DNA of 61,841 nucleotides, the filler included, from Choristocarpus tenellus KU-1152 (Eukaryota; Protista; Phaeophyceae), in NCBI GenBank assembly GCA_964200185.2. It is 6 parts of 6 records of this genome, joined end to end, with 100 filler letters (N's around TTAATTAATTAA, not from the genome) between each part and the next. Parts side by side here need not be neighbours in the genome. Positions count along the whole stretch, not along the records: positions 33,859 to 61,841 come from CAXNAD020000133.1; 5 more parts are not named here. One strand, given 5' to 3'. A model generated the notes under the pieces. That model did no database searches and had not been told where the DNA came from. It was given only the letters and a program-made list of their open reading frames with translations. Position numbers and translations under genes: made by a program. Shown in pieces: positions 54,020 through 61,841 of the stretch (the first letter of the stretch is position 1; every line of letters begins with the position of its first letter).

Positions 54020-56377
54020 TACATTTAACCACTCAGATCCAAACTATACGAAAGCAAGCTGCAGCCTATCCAACGACCACTCCATGTCTTTCCTGTTCAA
54101 GTTGGAAGGCATCTCCTGCTTCATTGAAGAACAACGCCTCAAGAATCGTACATCGATTCATTTGGATATGTTCTCGGAGAATAGGTTACAGGTTTCAGAC
54201 GATTACCTCCCCTAGTAAGACCATGGCTTGAATTACACTTGGACAAACTATCTCCAAACTAATGCTCATGCAAACAAGTGTTTGCCATGGTCAGTCAGCC
54301 GCAATTTTGAGAGAGATGTGTAAGATCTAGAGTGATCTGTACCGCTTCATTGAGTTGCCATTGGCAACATCACCACCTGTCCACTTTCCCTTGCCCGTAT
54401 TAGAGGGTTCCTTTCCTTTTGAACGATTGGAGAAGTCCCCACCCTCTCCAATCATGCACTGTCCTCTCGCCTGTTCCTGTCCAATATTTGGTCCAGATGG
54501 GTAGGGAGGGGTCGGGTCTCCATGATAACACATTACATATCACGAGGGATTCCGGATCAACTAACAAGATCGGAGTTGCACTACAAGGGGTTAAATGTTT
54601 CTGACTGTGTCAGGTTCTTCACTCAGAGTCATTTACTGGGATGTTCAACTCCTTTTTAAGGCGGCAATAATCATACCTTATGTCTTATAGATACACTAAA
54701 CAGGGACTCTGGATCATTCTCCATAGTATATATATACATATACATACATGCATCATATTACCGTGTTTGCTTGCATCTTCCTATAGGAAGCAACGGATTC
54801 CAAAGCAGGCCATATCGACATTTTTCAAGACTCTAACTTTGCACATGCAATGACATCTCTCTCTCTCCCTCTCTCTGCAACCGGTATCTCTTTCAAATTA
54901 CATTTTCCATTAACCTTGTTTTCAAAAGAAGGACCTACTTATCTATCCTATGTATATATTGTACAGAACTACTTCATGGAACAACATGGCAATAGGAAAA
55001 TGGGACAATATATCAAGTCCAGAGAATCAACACAAATGAAAATTGTCACGAAATGTGGAAACGGTGCTAAGTTGAGAGGAAACTATGGAGAATATAATGG
55101 TCAGATAAATTCTGGGATGATCATAGTGCCCTTTAAGACATAAGGGCAGATCCCACCGAGAATATTATTGGACGCAGAGTAAGTTTTAATGTCGGAGTGT
55201 GCGTATCCTGTTGAAACGGCGCCAGATTAAGAATTGGGTGCATACAGAGTAAAAATGATACATTTGTCATCATGTATGTTCCAAAATTCGTGTCAGTAGA
55301 TATCTTTTCATTACACATTTCACAGTTTAACAATGTAGTATAGTGTGCTCATCTTTTAAAAAAAAGAAATCATGTTGAAGCAGGAAAGATATGGTACATT
55401 TATATCATCCATAAAGATATATAAGATGGTTGCACTCGATAAAAAATAAATATACATTTACACCATCCGTGGCGATGGGCACACTCGGCCAAATTATATC
55501 CTTCCCCAGGATGAATCAGAGTGGGGGGCGGGGGGTGGTCACTGTCCGCGTCCTTGACACTATCCTTGTGAAGTATGGGTCCTGTTGAATATGTCAATGC
55601 TGCAGTATCCACCAAGTACAACCCTAGTGAGGCTCAAGACGGAGAGGCCTTCCGTATATAGAGGAAAACAATAGCTGATACAATCCAATATAGAGGAACA
55701 CAAGTTGCTATTATGTACGGACACCTTCGTCATCAATACGACTTCAACCCTTCGAAGTTTAGTTCATTTTTAAACAAGGGAGTGTATCCACCCATCACTC
55801 TTCCCAACAATGCCTCTAAAAGCATGCTCGGGAGTTGTTCACACCTCTCACACTTGCTAAAATGATGGAATTTTAGAGTACATAGAGAAATTAGTCCGCC
55901 CCTTGTTCTTACAACTACGCACTAACATTGTGTTCTGAATTGTGTTAACAAGTCAACTACATTTACTCTCCACTCTAACACGACCTTTGATATTATAGAG
56001 CATCACTTGTTAATGGGAAATATGCATAATCTCAATCAAATCAAATTAACAAATTTCCACGATGCAATTGACTAGACCAAAAAAAGTACCCTGCAACACC
56101 TGTACATCACATAACACAAAAAAAAATCTTTAATAGCATTGTGCACTATGTTCAAAACGGTATACAAGGTGCAAAATGTGTAACCGTTGTCAAATTAGCA
56201 CTCATTAAGAAAAAAATATATATACTAACAAAAAACAGAAACAAGGACTCCACACTTCTGAATACTCAGAACGACCACCGTAACCACAGCAATAACCTTC
56301 AAAAGCTGATCTCCATCATACAAGATTATTCAATACTTTTTTCTTCTTTTTTTTTCAACACATGCATGCATTCCCGT

Positions 56378-56518
56378 ACAATAGTATGGTTAGTCTATAT
56401 ATATTTTTTATATTATATACAATAGTATGGTTAGTCTATATATATTTTTTATATTATATACAATAGTATGGTTAGTCTATATATATATTTTATATTATAT
56501 ACAATAGTATGGTTAGTC
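56378..56518. repeat. Tandem repeat, ~41-bp unit x3.4, abutting the last TPR exon
   Basis: Unit TACAATAGTATGGTTAGTCTATATATATTTTTTATATTATA. Confidence 0.9.
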
Positions 56519-59500
56519 TCCTACCTGAACTTCCAACCGGGTCATGTCTTTCATCAGCAACTTGATGTGTGGGTGATCATCCTTAAACGACTTCCTGAAA
56601 ATAGCAAGTGATCGTTTATAGATGGATGCTGCAGCGCTGTACTTCCCCTGGATATAGTTGGAGGCAAACTATGTCAGACATGTTGAACAAATGAGGAAAA
56701 GCAATGCCAACAACCCTTTCCGAAAATCAAATCTCTCTTCACCACACCAAAGACAGTGCTTCATTCAAAACATCCAATATTCGATATTCGTTGTAGTGCT
56801 TCTAGCAATAACCGAGATAATTCCATCTCCTAATTTGGGAAGTACATCGATCTACACTTTGTTATCAGCACCTTCTGTTCTAGAACACCAACAGGATCCC
56901 GTAGTAGAGTCCAAACCGTGACCAACTTTCAACATATCATCAAACACTGGTAATGATTATTATTGGGCTTCCGACACTACCACAGGTTCAATATGTTGGA
57001 AAGACACCATCCTCATCAACCCTACCTCTCTACTCTTCCAGGCCCTCCAGCTATACCCCATACAGTAGATGCCTTCACCGTTCAGGTGTACACTAGTACA
57101 GCTTCCATGAAAATAACCATGGTCATTTTCTATATTCAAAGTGATATCAATTTACCAAAAGGAGACTCTGTAGACAAATACTACTCCACACTTATGTTGA
57201 CCAGGCATGTGCCCCTTACACAAGAGCATCACATTTATGAAGGCCATGCCTTACATCAATTGGTAATCATACAATACTCAAGACAATTATATATTTTAAA
57301 AAATGCACTCCATGGTTTACATTCAAATTTGTGAAAATAGCTGTATCAGTAAGCTTCACAATGTGATTCCTGGTACACGACTCAGTTCGGTGCTAATTTA
57401 CATATTATCTCACAATACTCTTGTCACCTGAGCTTCCAACAAGTGACCAAGTTTATTCATTACGATTGCAATGTCCGGGTGTTCCCCCCCCAGCGCCCTC
57501 TGGAGCACGTCAATCGATTGCTCATAGAGGGATGTAGCAGCCTCGTAATTCAACTGGACGGATCAAGGCAAACAATGTCAACAATGTAGCGTGGCCAAAA
57601 ATATGTTGAGGCAAACAATGTCAGGCATGGCCAAAAATATGTTTCAAGCGGAAAAGGAATCAACAAGAACACTCTCCAAAGCACCATACTACTCTTAGCT
57701 ACACCAAATAATCGTTCCTTGTTCTAAATTCCCAATACTCATTGATAGTGATTGGGACAAATATGTCAAGACACAAATGACTTGCAAATGAAAATGACTT
57801 ACCCCAAATCCCCTAACACTATATATTCTGGAGTAGTTGATAAACGTCAGGACTGCTCAGGATGACTTTGCAGTGGTTCTTTATAAGAGTGAAAATATCT
57901 TAGAGGGTTAGAGTTTTTCCTTGTTTGTCCATTTGGGGCTTGGCTTCCTACGGGTTTTTGATGACATTTTACCTACTCCAAAATGTTTCGGAGTATGTAA
58001 AATGTATATGTTATGAAAAGGTGTGTCGAAGACAAGGATATTGACACTTCCTAAAAAACAGACAACCAAAATTACATCAAAATTGCAACATTGGATTTTG
58101 GCCCCCAAATAGATGCGGCTATACCCTCTAAGATACATTGGCTCATAAACATTTCAGCCCTCTCAACCACTCTGAACTCGGCGCGTTAGTCAACTCTTGA
58201 GCAGAACCAGCGATTCAACACTACCAGGATCTTGTTGTAGTGTTAACTTCAACATGTCTTCAGTAAATTCACAAACAATAAATACGATAGAGTTCGACTC
58301 CATCTTGGGCTTCTAGAAATTCAACATCTGAGGTTCAGCATGTCACAAAATCTATATATCGAAGTAGATTCCTATGCACTACTTCGACTAACTTTTCGAT
58401 ATCAATGATACATCAACTCTTGCGGATCCTTTGACTTTAACCCCAAACACGCCCTTCTTGTGTATGTTTTTCCCTTTCGATGGTTGAACCATATGTATCA
58501 CATAGAACATACGATTGGGTATGACTTCCTTCAAGAAACCCACAGCCTTTATGCCCAGTGTACACATCGTGAATAGATCTAAGACAATAATCTTTAAGTT
58601 CAAAACAACGCCCCATTGGTCCTTGGATACATTCCCCTAACAACAAACACACCACTACAAACTTTGTTCACAAAAAATTTGTTAACAACAAATGTGCACT
58701 CGCTGTATTGCAGAGAAATGTCACCACAAACCACAGAAAGAATCGACTCCAGGGCAAAAAAATGCAGGGTGATCATAATTATTATGCCAGTTAGCTCAAC
58801 AATCTGATATCTAGTATTCAACACTGCTTAGTACTATCTTATGTATGCATTCCCTCTGAGAATGCTTTCTTGCCTGAGCTTGCAGCAGGTTGGCCTGGAG
58901 AGTCAGAGAATAAGCAACATCTGGGTGGTCACTTCCCAGCATCCTTTTACGTATTTCAAGCGACTTTGAGCAAAGGTGATGAGCATCATCATACTTTCCC
59001 TGACCGAATGGAGACAAACACTGTGTCAGATACAACCAACGTTTTAGGAGTACCAACAATAACAATCTACCAAATATCACATTACTCCTCACCATGCCAA
59101 AAAATAATCACTTTTTTCAAAAAATATTCAAAATAGCCAACATCCATGCTCATGTGGAGTCAGACAAGTACGTGTGAAAGGGGTGACCAATACATTGAAA
59201 TAGGAAAGGGGAACATTCCCCATTAATTATCACATTGAGGGAGCTATTAATATATTAATCATCCGTAAACATCAGCACTACTCGAAACGATATGGTGCTC
59301 TCACCAATATCCATACATGTTAACGTATTTCAGCCTCCCCTACCTTACATAAATAGCTGTACATTTTCAGCTGCAGTCACGGTAAACTATTGGAATGATC
59401 ACAATGACTAAAACAGGATCTCTGCAAGTTCATACCAGTATCCAAAACATATATCCAAACTGCTTGGTGACATATATCCAAAACATATATCCAAACTGCT

Positions 59501-61008
59501 CGGTGCACCTTTCGCATGCTTGCTTACCTGAGCTTGCAGCAGTTTGGCGAGGTTATTCAGAGAATCAGCAACATCCGGGTGATCATCCCCAAACGCCTTC
59601 TCACGTGTTTGGCGCGACTCCTTATAATAAGATTCAGCCAGATTGTACTTTTCCTGGACGGATTGAGGAAATTTCTGTCAAGCATGCCCATCAATAGAAA
59701 AAAGTGAAAAAAATCTATGAAACATCACATCACTCTTACTTCAATATACACGATACTCAGCCGTGTAGTGAATTCAATCTGAAAAGTGTGATACCAACAC
59801 GAATGACTTGCATGGACAGTATAAAGGGCTCTAAACCGGAGTGACAATTAGTTGGGCCAGGCCGGGGAGCCTAGACTGCCCCCCAACATATTCTGAACGC
59901 CCTGGCCTGGACCCTATAAAGGATACCTTCAAGGCAGGCTTGGTAAATAAAAGTTGTGCCCCGCCCTGGTCGGGGTAAATCACATTACTCCCAGGCTGGC
60001 CCTTTCAAACATAGTGTGTTCTCTAGGCCAGTCTGAGGTTATGTTGTGATCTCTACATATTTTTATTTTCAATGTATAAAACTAATATAATCTACACTCT
60101 GAGCCAAATTATCTTAGAGGGTAGAGCCGCGTCCATTTGATGTCCAAAATCCAATGTTGCGATTTTGATGTAATTTTGGCTATCGTGTTTGTTAGGAAGT
60201 GTCAATATCCATGTTCTGAACACACCTTTTCATAATGTATACATTTTCCCTACTCTGGCACATTTTCGACTAGGAAAATATCACAAAAGAACCCATGGGA
60301 AGCCAAGCCCCAAATGGACAAACAGAGCAAACTCGTACCCTCTAAGATACTTTTACTTTCTGCTAAATTGAATTTCAAATGATATTGCAAATCACAATCA
60401 AACTGTCCAGTCTGGTCTAGTCAACCTGAAACCTGGCCTGATCCTTTCAAGATATATCTTCCCAAGATTGGGTTGTAAACCGGTCACTGTAGCTGTGAAA
60501 GGTCCCCATCTGACCCTTTTTTAAGCTTATCTTGCCCAAGCTAGCCCTGGTCCCGCACTCTGTAAAAACGTTCTTATGAAGTTGGCTCACAGGTCAGTCC
60601 TATCATAGTTGCCAGGTCCAGTGCAAGGTCTAGGGATATTATGTACTTACTCAAACATATTATTAAATTATTAATTATTATTATCATATTATTAAATTAT
60701 TAATTATTATTATCATATTATTAAATGGAACAGCCGGGGGAACGTCCGCACTGCTCAAAAGGCTCTGTGCACTCAAAACTTATCACAGTGACCACAATTA
60801 GAAAACTCCACATGATCACCACAATTCAACATAAATTGGTGTCAAGCAAATGGATGCATCCCCCACAATACTATTCACTTACCTGAGCCTCCAGCAAGCT
60901 ACCGAGGTTATTCAAAGAGTTTGCAATGTCTGGGTGATCCCCCCCCATCACCCTTCTTCTTATATGGAGTGAATCCCGATAGTTCCTCTCAGCATCCTCG
61001 TACTTTCC
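56513..61008 (-). CDS. TPR-array protein (kinesin-light-chain-type 42-aa TPRs, NB-ARC-TPR-like C-terminus), 3' part
   Basis: Phase-0 exons 60883-61008 (GKYEDAERNYRDSLHIRRRVMGGDHPDIANSLNNLGSLLEAQ), 59528-59653 (EKYNLAESYYKESRQTREKAFGDDHPDVADSLNNLAKLLQAQ), 58874-58999 (GKYDDAHHLCSKSLEIRKRMLGSDHPDVAYSLTLQANLLQAQ; GC donor), 57428-57553 (LNYEAATSLYEQSIDVLQRALGGEHPDIAIVMNKLGHLLEAQ) and 56525-56647 (GKYSAAASIYKRSLAIFRKSFKDDHPHIKLLMKDMTRLEVQ, then either VGD* at 56513 or a further splice). The 5' part lies beyond the window. Confidence 0.9.
57887..58144 (-). mobile_element. MITE family A copy in a TPR intron
   Basis: Both TIRs present. Confidence 0.9.
60101..60358 (+). mobile_element. MITE family A copy in a TPR intron
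   Basis: Both TIRs; TSD TCT. Confidence 0.9.
60658..60725. repeat. AT-rich tandem repeat, 29-bp unit x2.3
   Basis: ATTATTAAATTATTAATTATTATTATCAT repeated. Confidence 0.8.
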
Positions 61009-61761
61009 CTGAAAACAAGAAGCAAACACTGTGTGAGACATGCTCAACTATTATAAGATAAGAAGAAATAAGATAAATAAGATAGTTCAGCACAGTCGGT
61101 GCACATCATCCAAAAAAAATTATCCTTGACAACTTGACATGAAATCAGGTCTTTCGAAGCATCAAAACCTATTCATAGCTGTCTGATAAATTGGATCAAC
61201 ATCATCAATTCAACACAAAAAATATCTTGTTGTAGCACCCAAACTATGACAACTGTTTGGTAGACCATCAGTGTGATCTCGGCATCAAGCTTTTGTAACT
61301 TCAACAGGTCAGGTTCTACACCACACAATCATTATACCGAAAAAGATAAGATCCTACACCCCTACTACATTGGGATGCTTTAGTCTTGCAAGTCTTGTAG
61401 CTCCTCCTGAAACACATTCACACAGTCGCTTAGATGCTTGTACCAAATCATATATAAGCCTAGGTTACCAATATAATGCCATGACCATTATTTCGTACTA
61501 GCTTCCTACGTTTGGAATTAATTGCATCATAACGTTTGCAAAGCTTGGCGTCCTCACTCAGAAAGACCCAAGTGGTATACCCTTTGGATGAGGCTTGGTT
61601 ATAGATTGGGAAACATGAAAAGTAGGAGATGGTGAGCTGTCATGACTGTGGAAGATCACTAGTGCAAAGTCAACCAAGCCACATTTGATGGGGTTCAAAG
61701 AACCTTGTGAAGCTGTCAAAGCAGGTGTTTATTGAGATGCCTAGGTCGAAGGCTCCCATCA

Positions 61762-61841
61762 GGCTCAAAGTATCTGGGGGGGGGGGGGGGGCGGATGTCC
61801 ATTTGGGCCAATTATTTCATGTCGTGATTTTTGGGTGACTT
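61762..61841 (-). mobile_element. MITE family B, truncated by window end
   Basis: Begins GGCTCAAAGTATCTGGGGG and is collinear with 50435-50500. Confidence 0.8.

Noticed and set aside
46418-56518. Tandem repeats as a possible CRISPR-like array
   Set aside because: Units are contiguous with no unique spacers, the context is eukaryotic, and there are no cas genes.

Overview
Eukaryotic, AT-rich, intron-rich genomic DNA. It is most likely from a brown alga or related stramenopile, inferred from TTAGGG repeats, ~0.5-2 kb introns and a one-TPR-per-exon gene. The window is six contigs joined by an artificial N44-TTAATTAATTAA-N44 linker, so adjacency across linkers means nothing. Spliced genes rebuilt by hand: the 3' end of agmatine deiminase (-), two exons of mitochondrial processing peptidase alpha (-), a possible micro-exon-rich JmjC/cupin-like gene (-), the 5' part of succinate dehydrogenase flavoprotein SDH1 (-), the 3' part of pyruvate kinase (+), a complete 7-exon orphan 254-aa membrane protein with a 3+1+3 duplicated TM layout (+), and the 3' end of a TPR-array gene built from 126-bp phase-0 exons with co-duplicated flanks (-). 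The rest is TE debris (Copia RT, CRE-like RLE non-LTR, IS630/Tc1-like DDE, possible CxC5/KDZ relic, two related MITE families, a foldback, a tRNA-like SINE head) plus simple repeats. The most striking patterns are about 25 short interstitial (TTAGGG)n tracts with signs of de novo insertion and a sense-strand bias in introns, the modular TPR exon cassette array, and the orphan 7-TM protein. All calls are by eye; no database searches were run.
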